Positions 1-9,482 are shown, counted from the first letter of the stretch. The stretch is DNA of 64,000 bases from Alphaproteobacteria bacterium (GCA_964291675.2 OZ219866.1:1696001-1760000), one strand, 5' to 3'. Numbers and translations are program-made. The notes: generated by a model from the sequence alone, not told the origin.

Positions 1-2015
1 GGCTGGCGCAGCCGGGCGATCAAAGACGCGTCCGCGCCGCATTCGGCCAGGGCTTCGCGCCGCCCTTCGTCGAAGCGGCGGCCGATTTCGGATTCGCCGC
101 ATTCGAACACGCAGCGCGCCCTGGCGAGGAGGGGAATTTCGCCGGGGCCGGAGTCCCCGCAATGCCCGGCCAGCCCGGAAAGCGGCAGCGCGAGCAGAGA
201 GCCCGAGCCCGCCGGGATCGCGGAGAACAGAAGACTGTCCCGCGCCAGGTCGGTCAGGATCTCGCGGAACCGTCGACAGAGGCGTTCGTTCTCGCTGGAC
301 CGACCGCCGTCATGGACAAACAGCATATTGACCGGAATGCCCGGATAGGCTTCCCGGCTGGCGAGATCGGCGAGGACGATGGCGGCGATCCCGCCCCCGC
401 GGAGCGGCCCCGCCCGGTCGACGAAATCCGCGACCACGGCGCCAAGCACGGTCGAGATCGAGGCATCGGCAAGGTTGGACAGCGCGACCCGCGCCTCGGC
501 CGGCGACAGGTTTCCCCGCACGACATGCATGCCGATCTGAAACGCCTTGTCGTTCGACCAGTTTCGCACGATTTCGGCGGTATCCTTCGCATGCGCCGCC
601 GGCAGCTCGGCGATCTGGCCCTTCATCTCCTCGACGCCCAGCTCGCGCGTCCAGTAGAGCCTCGCAAGCCCCCGCCGCGCCAGGTTTTCGGATTCCGGGT
701 CCGGGCCGAACCCCTTCGGCAGGTCGAGATCGGTGAATTCCCGGTCCTGCAGGTTGTCGAGAAGCTCGGGGTGGCGCTCGATCCAACTTGCCAGCCGGGG
801 GGCGGCCCCGAAGATTTCGACTATGGCCTCGAAGGCGTCCGGCCGCGCCGCGGAAATGGGACTGTCATACGCGCTCCAGTCATCGATCTCCGGGTAGTGG
901 TGCGCGCGCCATCGGTCGACCAGCGGGTCCATCTTCTCGAACCAGCGCTTCGGCCGCAGCACGATGTTCATCATGTCGGCGTAGGTCCCCGGCAACACGG
1001 GCGATTCATCGGCGCTGCCGACCTGGAGCAGCGGATAGTGCCGGGAAGCCACCGCATGATGATCCGCATGGCGCTGCATGTTGAAGAACATCCAGTTGCT
1101 GAACTTCCAGTCGGCGCTCCAGGAATGGCGTGGCATCACCTTTTCCCAGCGCCCGTTCGGCAGGCGGATCCGACGCAGACCGTAGTGTTGAAAGTAGTTG
1201 CTGATCTTCATCGAAAAGACGCAGCACAGGCCGAGCACGGCAAACACCGGCACTGCCCAGATCCCGCTCATCCAGAACACCAGCCCGTACCAGAACCCGA
1301 CCGCGATGCCGTATCGCCAGAACGGATTGCTGTAATGCCACATCGGCAGGCGCCGCCGGGCCAGCCGTTCGCCGACGACCTTCCAGGAATTGGTGATGTT
1401 GCTGACGATTTCACGCGGGAAATACCGCCAGAAACTCTCTCCCTTGGGAGCGGATCCCACATCATGCGGCGTGCCGACCCGGGCATGGTGGATATAGACA
1501 TGCTCAGTCGCGTATTGCGGATAGGAGGCGGAGGCGAGAAGGAACTCGCCCAGCCGGCTTTCCCAGCCGGAGCGTCGGTGAATCAATTCGTGACCGACCA
1601 CGAATACGGCCTGTGCTTCCATGGTCAGTATGATCGCCAGGAGCACGCTCTCCCAGAGCGCCAACTGGTCTGCGACGAGGATTTGCCACAAGCCGAATAT
1701 CAGCGTGGGTGGCCAGAGGAAGGCCCAGATCCAGACAGGCAGGTTATGCCAGAACAGGCGGCGTTCCGGCGTCTTTACCGGATCCATATTGCGTCCGTCG
1801 GCACCCAGCGCCCGGTCGAGCGGTCCCGCGACACTCATATAAACGAACGGCGGCAACAACCACCAGCCGCCATAGATCGCGGCGAGGAGGATCAAAGGGA
1901 AAATCCCCAATGGCAGATAATGCGGAAGGGCGTTGAGGATCGACGGCTCTACGTGCTGCGCGCTGTCGGCCTTACTCGAGCCCAGGCCGCCGTCTACGGC
2001 TGCATCTTGCGGCAT
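1..2015 (-). CDS. AlkB-family membrane di-iron oxygenase/desaturase fused to a degenerate GlnE-like nucleotidyltransferase domain (3' end beyond window)
   Basis: Manual translation of the minus frame from ATG 2015 (MPQDAAVDGG..., GGGGAAG upstream) is open to position 1. His boxes: HELIH (1592-1578), EHVYIHH (1505-1485), NYFQHYG (1199-1179), QRHADHH (1076-1056), with hydrophobic N-terminal helices. From ~845 downward it resembles GlnE (EIFGAAPRLASWIERHPELLD; ALSNLADA; LADLASREAYPGIPVNMLFVHD; LARARCV). Confidence 0.85.
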   Translation of the reverse strand, partial: MPQDAAVDGGLGSSKADSAQHVEPSILNALPHYLPLGIFPLILLAAIYGGWWLLPPFVYMSVAGPLDRALGADGRNMDPVKTPERRLFWHNLPVWIWAFLWPPTLIFGLWQILVADQLALWESVLLAIILTMEAQAVFVVGHELIHRRSGWESRLGEFLLASASYPQYATEHVYIHHARVGTPHDVGSAPKGESFWRYFPREIVSNITNSWKVVGERLARRRLPMWHYSNPFWRYGIAVGFWYGLVFWMSGIWAVPVFAVLGLCCVFSMKISNYFQHYGLRRIRLPNGRWEKVMPRHSWSADWKFSNWMFFNMQRHADHHAVASRHYPLLQVGSADESPVLPGTYADMMNIVLRPKRWFEKMDPLVDRWRAHHYPEIDDWSAYDSPISAARPDAFEAIVEIFGAAPRLASWIERHPELLDNLQDREFTDLDLPKGFGPDPESENLARRGLARLYWTRELGVEEMKGQIAELPAAHAKDTAEIVRNWSNDKAFQIGMHVVRGNLSPAEARVALSNLADASISTVLGAVVADFVDRAGPLRGGGIAAIVLADLASREAYPGIPVNMLFVHDGGRSSENERLCRRFREILTDLARDSLLFSAIPAGSGSLLALPLSGLAGHCGDSGPGEIPLLARARCVFECGESEIGRRFDEGRREALAECGADASLIARLRQ

Positions 2016-2091
2016 GACAGCTTCCCCAGCGGACCAGCAGTCCCTCTCGGTGGGACGACGTTAGCACCGGTCAACGTAACCTGCAAATCGT

Positions 2092-3393
2092 TCAGCCCTG
2101 TAGCACTTCGGCGAGACGTTCCAGAGCCTCGATACAAAACGCAGTGGTCACGGCTTCGGAGCCGTGCCCTATCTGCCCTACCGTACCCCACTTTAGGGAC
2201 TGGTCGCCAAAGGCGAGTAGCTCCGGCCAGCTACCGTCCTCGCGTTGCGAGTTCCTGAACCTGTCCACTTGGCGCTTCGCGTCGATCCTTTCAAGGCCTC
2301 CGACACCGTAGAGCGCCGACACTGCCTGGGCGGTGTGCAGGATATTGCCGAATTCTCCCGTCTCGTCGCGCAGGCCCAAGATACGATCCGAGAGTATCGG
2401 GCGAAGGCCGGCAAGGGCGGGCGGTGCACGCATCATGGCACGGGAGACTGCGTAGTAGATCGCGACCGGGTCGGGATACCATTTGGACGAGCCCCCAACC
2501 CGGCCTCCGGCGACCATAGCCTCCAACCATCGTTGGGCGCGTTCGGTTTCGGGGCGGTCGCCGAGATAGGCGATGACATTGGCATTGACGACGGGGTCGG
2601 CCTCGATACGAAAGCGCGAAACGATATCGGGCTCGTCTTCCGCCAGAATCCAGGTCATGAAACGACCTTCCCCGTCGCGGCTCGACAATATTGGCGGAAC
2701 GTTCCTTCCCAGCAAAATCCAGGGATGGGCCCCGGTGACCAGCGAACAAAGGGCGGTGCTGTCAAGATCCTGGGGCAAATGGCGATAGTACCGCCACAAT
2801 CCGGGATATTCGATGGTGTCGACGAGATACGCCCTGGAGGCGGCGCATATCTCCCTGGCACGCGCCTCGCCGCTGCTTTCCAGGGCAAGTACGCAAAGAG
2901 CCGAAACAAAGGGAGGTCTCTCGTAATGCCGCGGGATGTCCGGATCGGCGGTGTTGAACCGGATGCAATGCCAGGCGCCGTTTTCGTCGATTGTCGATTC
3001 CAGGAAATCGAGGCCGCGGCGGATGCTCTCCCTGGCCGCTCTTGCCAGCGCATCGGCGGCGGCAGCGTTCTCCCGGTCTCTCGCCGGTTGGGGAGCAGGG
3101 GGACGGAGGGGCGGGGCGGGATCGTATAGCGTCTTACGCAGGAATTCGAGCGATGTTGCGCCGGTCTTCGCCGCCTCCCGTTCGGCTTCGCTAAACTTGC
3201 TGCGCGGCGGAAGCACCACATGCGTCGCGGTATAGGTGTCTTCGTGTACGTGGATCTCGTGGCCCTCCGCCAGGGTCATGCCGAATTCCCTTTCGATCGT
3301 CTCCCTGGGATTGGCGAGAAGACGTGCGCGAAAGTCACTGTCTTCGCCGGCTCGCGAGGCGAGGAATTCTGTCGCGTCAACCGGTTCCTTCAT
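2092..3393 (-). CDS. NHLP (nitrile hydratase-like leader peptide) domain fused to a prenyltransferase/squalene-hopene cyclase-like alpha-alpha barrel domain
   Basis: The N-terminal ~80 aa (RAGEDSDFRARLLANPRETIEREFGMTLAEGHEIHVHEDT...THVVLPP...FSEAEREAA) match the NHLP leader pattern. The C-terminal part has QW-like repeats (LDFLESTIDENGAW, FRNSQREDGSW), a DLDSTA motif and DPVVNANV. Confidence 0.8.
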   Translation of the reverse strand: MKEPVDATEFLASRAGEDSDFRARLLANPRETIEREFGMTLAEGHEIHVHEDTYTATHVVLPPRSKFSEAEREAAKTGATSLEFLRKTLYDPAPPLRPPAPQPARDRENAAAADALARAARESIRRGLDFLESTIDENGAWHCIRFNTADPDIPRHYERPPFVSALCVLALESSGEARAREICAASRAYLVDTIEYPGLWRYYRHLPQDLDSTALCSLVTGAHPWILLGRNVPPILSSRDGEGRFMTWILAEDEPDIVSRFRIEADPVVNANVIAYLGDRPETERAQRWLEAMVAGGRVGGSSKWYPDPVAIYYAVSRAMMRAPPALAGLRPILSDRILGLRDETGEFGNILHTAQAVSALYGVGGLERIDAKRQVDRFRNSQREDGSWPELLAFGDQSLKWGTVGQIGHGSEAVTTAFCIEALERLAEVLQG

Positions 3394-3499
3394 CGATGTC
3401 TTCCATTTCCGCGGCGCCTGGTCGCGCGGGAATTCCCGCCAGCCAAATCGCTGTGATGGCGGGAGAGCGCGAAACCCTCGCCGAGCCGACCTCCTCCGA

Positions 3500-6445
3500 T
3501 CAGGCGACCTGCCTCTTGACCAGCTCCTTGAACACCCCGTCGACCTCCATGAGTTCGTTGAAGGAGCCGCTCTGTACGACTTTCCCCGCCTGCAGCACGT
3601 AGATTCTATCGGCCTGTTCCAGCGTGGACAGGCGGTGGGCGATGATCACCCGGGTAGAGGTCAGGGCCGTGAGATTTTGCATTACCTTGGCCTGGCTTTC
3701 GTTGTCCAGCCAGTTGGTCGCCTCGTCGAACAGCATGATCCGCGGGCTGCCGATCACCGATCTGGCGATCGTGACGCGCTGACTCTCGCCCCCCGACAGG
3801 ACCGCCCCGCTGGTGCCGACCATGGTCATCATGCCCATGGGCATGCTCTTGATTTCGTTCTCGACCTCGGCGATGCGGACCGCCGTCCACACCTCCTCGG
3901 TCGTCACGTCGTCGCGGTGTCCGACCACATTGTCCCAGAGATCCTGGGGATGGAGTCCGACCGATTGCGGCACCACGCCGATCTGCCGGCGTAGCTGTTT
4001 CAGGTTCAGGTGTCGCAGATCGCGTCCGTCGTAATACACCGCGCCCGCAGTCGGCCTGTCGATCCCGAGCGCGAGCCGGAACAGGGTGCTCTTGCCGGCA
4101 CCCGACTCGCCGGCGATCGCGATGAATTCACCGGGACGGGCGCGCAGCGTGACATCGTCCAGAATCAACGGGCCGTCCGGGTCGTAGCGGAACGAAACGC
4201 GGTCGAACAGAATGTCGCCGCCCAGAAACCCGACCGGCTCTCCTTCGATCCCGGCGTCGGGGACGGCGGTCAGCAGCGGGCGCATCTGATCGAACGCCGG
4301 CAGCATGGCGGCGACGGTGCCGAACGACTCGCCGAGCCGGGCGATGGCGGTCTGGAAAGCGATGAAGACGGTGTAAACGACCAGAAAATCGCCCACCGGA
4401 ACGTTACGGTCGCCCGATCCCGCCACCGCGAACAGCAGAACCCCGCCCGCAAGAAAGGGGAGTGCGGCACCGAATGCGCGCGAATGTCCTTCGAGCGCGC
4501 CCAGCTCGATCTCCGCGCGTTTCTGTTCGCGATAATCCCGCGCCCAGATGGCGAATGCCGACCCTTCCGCGTTTTCCACGCGCAGCTTGGAGATGCCGCC
4601 CACGATCTGGAAAAGCTGGCCGGCCACGCGACGCGCTGCGCTGATCATCCGCCCGTGGGGTGAGATCTGCAGCAGGCCGAGGACCAGGGCGATCGACAGG
4701 GACGCCAGGCTGAAGGCGAGCGCGATGACCCCGAGGGTGGAATCGTAGAAGAAGATGACGCCGAAAACCGGAAGCAGAAAGACGACCGACAGCAGGCTGT
4801 CGGCGACGACTCCCTGCAAGCCGTCGCGAATATTCTGGAACGTCATTCCCGACATGGCCAGATCGCCGGCCGGATGGCGGTGCAGCGTGCTCGGCGGGAG
4901 GCGCATCAGGCGGTCCCAGAAGGCGGCTTCGACCCGCGACGCCGAGCGCCCCTCGAGCCGCATCATCGCCGTGCTCTGAAGCAGGTGGAGCAATGCGCCG
5001 AGCAGCCCGAACACCGCCACCCCCACCGCCACGGCATAGAGCGCTCCGGCATTTCCGCCCGCCGTTACCTGGTTCGCGACGAATCCGAGAGCGAGTGCCG
5101 GCAGCAGTTTGATCAGCCCGCCCGGAAGCCCCGCCATCACCAGCCGCGTCAGATCCGCCGCCGATCCGCGCAGGGCAACGCCCAGCAGGGCTGCCGGCGT
5201 CACGTTGCCCGACGGCAATGGCGGGTGGAACATCCAGGCTTCTTCTTCCAGCGCGGCGGCGCGATCCGCCGTGACCCGGGCACTGCGTTTGCCGACCGGT
5301 TCGAATTCCCGGTAGCGGCCGAACATTCCGGGCAGCAGCGCTACGGGCCGGCCATCTTCGGCCCGGAATCCCAGGAGCGCATTGCTGTCGCCGCGCCACC
5401 AGCTACCCTCGGCCTTGAAGCGGACGCGCCGGGCGCGAACGCCTGACGCATCGAGAATGTCGACCAGGCCGACGGGAGAATCGGAAGGCCCCGAGCGCGC
5501 CGGTATCTTGAAGTCGATACCTTCGTGGCGGCCGATGGCGTGCAGGGCGTCGGCCAGAGCCGTGTCTTCGATATCGGCATTCCGGTCGATCGGCAGGTCA
5601 TAGATGTTGACCAGCCGCTGCCGTGCTGCCCTTTCCGCCGTGCGGCGGCTGGCCGTGCGTGCGCGTTCGAGATTCGCATCGTCGACCGCCGCGAGCCGGC
5701 GGTTGAGGCGTTCCAAGGCGAAAGCAAGCGAGTGAAAGGAGGCAAGCACCCGCAGCAGCACGCCCTGCCGCGCCAGGGTCTCGGTTGTCTTGCCCGAAAG
5801 CCTCGCCCGGTCGAACAACGTGAGCCAGCTTGTGCGCGTCAGCGGTATGAAGGCTTCGTGGGGACGGCCCGCCTCGGCAAGCTCCGCCGGATCGACGATA
5901 TCCATGAACGCGCTTGCGCCCCGCGGCGGTTCGGACACCCATACCACACCGCGCCTTACGGATAGCGTACCGGCGGCCAGGGTTCGAACGCCACCGGGCT
6001 CGGCCAGCGTGGTCGGCCGCGGAAGACGGCTGGCAAAGCGCGAGAGCGTGTCGGTAATGGCGGTCAACCACGTATCGGTCTGTTCCGCCAGGTCTGCGGG
6101 ATCGACCTCCGACAGCAGGGATGCCGGCAGGCGTTTCAGCAGGGTGCCCGGCAAGCCCTTGGCGATCAGGCTGAGCGTGGTGTCTTCGCCATCCCCCCGT
6201 TCGTCCGGCGCGACACCCGGCAGCAACCAGCCCGACTCGCGCCGCAGCAGATGCTTCGGCGCCGCCTGCTCGACCCCGTCCTTGAATTCGACCATGAACA
6301 GATTGACGGCGCCCCGATCGATGAACCAGACACTATCCGGGTCGTCGAGGCGCAACGGCATATTGCCGGCGCAGGGCACGGATATGCCGGAGCGAGCTGC
6401 CAGTTCGGCTATGGTTGTGTATTCCGGCAACGTGTCCTGCTTCAA
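3500..6445 (-). CDS. NHLM-type bacteriocin/RiPP export ABC transporter, permease/ATP-binding subunit (no peptidase)
   Basis: N-terminal LRLDDPDSVWFIDRGAVNLF region typical of this family, TM domain, Walker A GESGAGKS, signature LSGGESQR, Walker B MLFDEAT, IAHRLST. Confidence 0.9.
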   Translation of the reverse strand: MKQDTLPEYTTIAELAARSGISVPCAGNMPLRLDDPDSVWFIDRGAVNLFMVEFKDGVEQAAPKHLLRRESGWLLPGVAPDERGDGEDTTLSLIAKGLPGTLLKRLPASLLSEVDPADLAEQTDTWLTAITDTLSRFASRLPRPTTLAEPGGVRTLAAGTLSVRRGVVWVSEPPRGASAFMDIVDPAELAEAGRPHEAFIPLTRTSWLTLFDRARLSGKTTETLARQGVLLRVLASFHSLAFALERLNRRLAAVDDANLERARTASRRTAERAARQRLVNIYDLPIDRNADIEDTALADALHAIGRHEGIDFKIPARSGPSDSPVGLVDILDASGVRARRVRFKAEGSWWRGDSNALLGFRAEDGRPVALLPGMFGRYREFEPVGKRSARVTADRAAALEEEAWMFHPPLPSGNVTPAALLGVALRGSAADLTRLVMAGLPGGLIKLLPALALGFVANQVTAGGNAGALYAVAVGVAVFGLLGALLHLLQSTAMMRLEGRSASRVEAAFWDRLMRLPPSTLHRHPAGDLAMSGMTFQNIRDGLQGVVADSLLSVVFLLPVFGVIFFYDSTLGVIALAFSLASLSIALVLGLLQISPHGRMISAARRVAGQLFQIVGGISKLRVENAEGSAFAIWARDYREQKRAEIELGALEGHSRAFGAALPFLAGGVLLFAVAGSGDRNVPVGDFLVVYTVFIAFQTAIARLGESFGTVAAMLPAFDQMRPLLTAVPDAGIEGEPVGFLGGDILFDRVSFRYDPDGPLILDDVTLRARPGEFIAIAGESGAGKSTLFRLALGIDRPTAGAVYYDGRDLRHLNLKQLRRQIGVVPQSVGLHPQDLWDNVVGHRDDVTTEEVWTAVRIAEVENEIKSMPMGMMTMVGTSGAVLSGGESQRVTIARSVIGSPRIMLFDEATNWLDNESQAKVMQNLTALTSTRVIIAHRLSTLEQADRIYVLQAGKVVQSGSFNELMEVDGVFKELVKRQVA

Positions 6446-8652
6446 CCCGACTTGACCAGCTTGTAATAGGTGCCGTCGCGGTCAGCGATCAACTCGTCGT
6501 GTGTACCGCGCTGCACTTCCACGCCCTTGTCGAGCACGACGATCGCGTCACAATCCCGCACCGTGCTCAGCCGGTGGGCCACGATCAGGCAGGTGACGCC
6601 ACGGCGCCGCAAGGCATCGTCGACGTCCTCCTCCGTCGCGGCATCGAGGGCGCTGGTCGCCTCGTCCAGAATGAGCAACGTCGGATTGCCCACCAGCGCG
6701 CGGGCAATTTCCAGCCGCTGCCGCTGGCCGCCGCTGAAATTCACCCCGCCTTCCTCGACGCGGGTCGCATATCCGTGTGGCCGGAGCAGGACTTCGTCAT
6801 GGATCCTCGCATCTCGCGTCGCGGCGAAGATGGCTTCATCCGGAACGGCCGGGTTCCACAAGGTGATGTTGTCGCGCAGGGTCGCGGAAAACAGCACGAC
6901 GTCCTGATCCACCATGGAAATGGACTGCCGCAGCACTTCTTCGGGTATCTCTTCCCGCGGGTGGCCATCGAACAGGATTTCGCCCGACCACGGCCGATAG
7001 ACGCCCGAGATAAGACGCGCCAGGGTGGACTTGCCGGAACCGCTGGGACCGACCACGGCAACCCGCTCCCCCGGCTTGATCGCCAGGTTGAAGTCCTTGA
7101 TCAAAGGCGGCCGGCTCTTGTTGAAGCCGAAGGTGACGTCCCGCAGTTCGAGCTGGCCTGCAAGCTGGAGCCGGCCATTGAATGTGGGGATCGACTCCGA
7201 CTCGGGGTTTCGCCGGCCGAAATTCGGGTCTTCCGCGGTCTTCGAGATGTCCTGGAGCCGTTGCAGATCGGTTTCCAGCGCCTGGCGCTTGTCGGTGAAT
7301 TCGAGGAAGCGCCCGATGGGCGCCAGGAACATCTCGGCCAGAATATAGAAGCCGACCAGCGTTCCCAGCGTCATCTTCCCGGTCATCACCAGACTGCCCC
7401 CGACGCCCAAAATCGCGGCGGCGCGCAGCGCGGCGACCAGGCCCGGCAGGGCGGTATTGAGGGAGCCCAGCTCGGTATGGAGCTGGCGGGCGCGCAGCTC
7501 CCGTGCCTGCTGGCCGCTCCAGCGCGAGAAAAACCGGTCGTCCGATCCCGTCATGCGCAGGTTGTCGGCGTGATTCAACATCTGCATGCCGAGGCCGATC
7601 AGCAATCCCTGCTCGCGCCTCATCGCCTGGCTGCGTACAGCTCGCAGCGCGTTGAGGAAGTGGGCCAGTACCGCGTGCAGGAGGGCCAGCAAGACCACGA
7701 TCAGCGTGAGCAGGACGTCGTAAACCAACATCGCGACGAGCAGCACCGCACTCATAGCCATGTCGATAATGAGCACAAGGAACTGATCGGTCAGGGTCTT
7801 CGCGATTCTGTCGATCGACGAGACGCGATCCGTCAAATCGCCCGCCAGCCTGTGTTCGAAGAACTCGATCGGCAGCCGCAGCAACCGCGACATGCCGCGA
7901 CTGTAGCCGATCACCGAAATCCGCACCGAGAGCCGCTTCAGGAAACGGTGCTTTAGCAAGGACAGGATGTATACCAGAACGCCGCCGCCGAGCAGGGCCG
8001 CCACCAACCCGCCCCAGGGTCCATGGTTTTCCAGCACGTCGTCCACGAAAACACCGAGCGATACGGGGACGACAAGTGCCAGCAACGTCAACATTAGCCC
8101 GCAGGCGATTATCCCCGTAAGCACGCTCCAGGATCCGAACAGCAAGGTGCCCAACTGCCTGAACAGGTCGGGCGGATCGCCGCCGGGACTGAAATCGTCG
8201 CCGCGCGCGAACCGCAGGGCAATTCCGCTGTAGCTCTTGTTGAACTCTTCAGCGGAAATCCTGCGTCGGCCCGTGGCGGGATCGTTGAGATAGTAATTGC
8301 GGCCATCGAACCCTTCGAGCACGAGGAAATGGCTGAACTGCCAGAACAGGATCAGGGGCAGCTCCAGCTTCTTCAGTTGTTCGGCCCGTACGCTGAGGCC
8401 GCTGCATTGGAGACCGTAATGCCTGGAGGCGCGCAAGATGCTCGCGGCACTGCTGCCGTCGCGGCTCACCTCGCATTTGTCGCGCAGCTCGGTAAGCGGC
8501 ACCCAGCGACCGAAATAGGCCAAGACGCTGCCGAGGCAGGCGGCGCCGCATTCGGATGCGTGCATCTGCAACAGAAGCGGCGTGGTTATCCTTTGCTTCA
8601 GGGAGTCCGATGCAGCCTTGCCTCCAGCCCCCTCAGAGGCGCGCGGCGACAT
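6442..8652 (-). CDS. NHLM-type peptidase-containing ABC transporter (C39 peptidase/permease/ATPase)
   Basis: C39 motifs QMHASECGAACL (catalytic Cys), FWQFSHFLVLEG (His) and YLNDPA (Asp); Walker A GPSGSGKS; FSGGQRQR; ILDEATSALD. Confidence 0.92.
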   Translation of the reverse strand: MSPRASEGAGGKAASDSLKQRITTPLLLQMHASECGAACLGSVLAYFGRWVPLTELRDKCEVSRDGSSAASILRASRHYGLQCSGLSVRAEQLKKLELPLILFWQFSHFLVLEGFDGRNYYLNDPATGRRRISAEEFNKSYSGIALRFARGDDFSPGGDPPDLFRQLGTLLFGSWSVLTGIIACGLMLTLLALVVPVSLGVFVDDVLENHGPWGGLVAALLGGGVLVYILSLLKHRFLKRLSVRISVIGYSRGMSRLLRLPIEFFEHRLAGDLTDRVSSIDRIAKTLTDQFLVLIIDMAMSAVLLVAMLVYDVLLTLIVVLLALLHAVLAHFLNALRAVRSQAMRREQGLLIGLGMQMLNHADNLRMTGSDDRFFSRWSGQQARELRARQLHTELGSLNTALPGLVAALRAAAILGVGGSLVMTGKMTLGTLVGFYILAEMFLAPIGRFLEFTDKRQALETDLQRLQDISKTAEDPNFGRRNPESESIPTFNGRLQLAGQLELRDVTFGFNKSRPPLIKDFNLAIKPGERVAVVGPSGSGKSTLARLISGVYRPWSGEILFDGHPREEIPEEVLRQSISMVDQDVVLFSATLRDNITLWNPAVPDEAIFAATRDARIHDEVLLRPHGYATRVEEGGVNFSGGQRQRLEIARALVGNPTLLILDEATSALDAATEEDVDDALRRRGVTCLIVAHRLSTVRDCDAIVVLDKGVEVQRGTHDELIADRDGTYYKLVKSG

Positions 8653-8653
8653 C

Positions 8654-9193
8654 TTACAATCGCCCCGTCAGAAAGAGCGCAATCGGCGATTGCCTGCCGA
8701 GTTCGATGGCTATTCTGCATTCCTCGCCGGCAAGGGAAGCGAGATCAAGGTTTCGGTCGAGCGAGACAACGACGCGGTGCACGGACACCGGAGCGGCGGA
8801 CGCAAACGCGGCCAGCACCTCCGGTTGGGGTATGGCGGAAATGTCCGCGACCTGTCCGTCGAGTGCGTCCGCTCCTCTGTCCGCGCCACCCAGCTCGATC
8901 GCCGCCGCCATCCCGGCCTCGATTTGCGGCGCGACGTCGCGTTCGATCCAGACGAGGGCTTGCAAAGACCGGCCGCCCTTGCTGGCCTCGACCAGCACGC
9001 CCTTAATCGCGAGGCTATGGGATACGTTGCCGAAGAAGAGCCATCCGACGAGGATCAACAAAAACAGGGCGATGGCAGCGACGAGCAGGCGCTCCCGCGG
9101 TGTGGATATTGTCAGCAGCCGGTCGAGTTGTTCACGTTCTTCCTTCGCCTCGGCAACAGTATTATGGAAAGAGTCAAAGGGATTGTTGAACAC
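8654..9193 (-). CDS. Short NHLM-system secretion (HlyD-like) protein lacking the coiled-coil hairpin
   Basis: EREQLDRLLTISTPRERLL followed by one TM helix and KGVL matches the N-terminus of NHLM secretion proteins; the C-terminus ends RQSPIALFL. Start is uncertain (GTG 9193 after GAGGGG, or ATG 9214). Confidence 0.7.
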   Translation of the reverse strand: MFNNPFDSFHNTVAEAKEEREQLDRLLTISTPRERLLVAAIALFLLILVGWLFFGNVSHSLAIKGVLVEASKGGRSLQALVWIERDVAPQIEAGMAAAIELGGADRGADALDGQVADISAIPQPEVLAAFASAAPVSVHRVVVSLDRNLDLASLAGEECRIAIELGRQSPIALFLTGRL

Positions 9194-9482
9194 GACCGCG
9201 CGTAGCCCCCTCATGGAGATCAGGCAAGGACCAAAAAACCCGTTCGGCCGGCGGGGAAATGCAGGGACCATATGCAATTTCGACCGGGAAAGGTCAAGCC
9301 CTGAAGGCGCCGGAAGACTTGGCTTGTTGTGCGTGGGCGGGGCGACGCGGGCCGCCAACTCATCGGCAAGCCAGGTCACGGCGCTCCCGGCTGCCGCCGG
9401 TCCGTCGTCGATCCGCGCGCCTCGGCGCCCGGAATTCCTTCGTGACGAGGCGCCTCGCGATCGGATTCCGCAAGACGGCGCT

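Noticed and set aside
162-2258. 698-aa plus-strand ORF in the track
   Set aside because: It is the in-register antisense shadow of the AlkB::GlnE-like gene and has no recognisable motifs.
3394-3499. Possible short RiPP precursor in the spacer (strong GGAGGAGG after the ABC stop)
   Set aside because: No suitably spaced start codon or double-glycine leader ORF; only an 8-bp stem is present.
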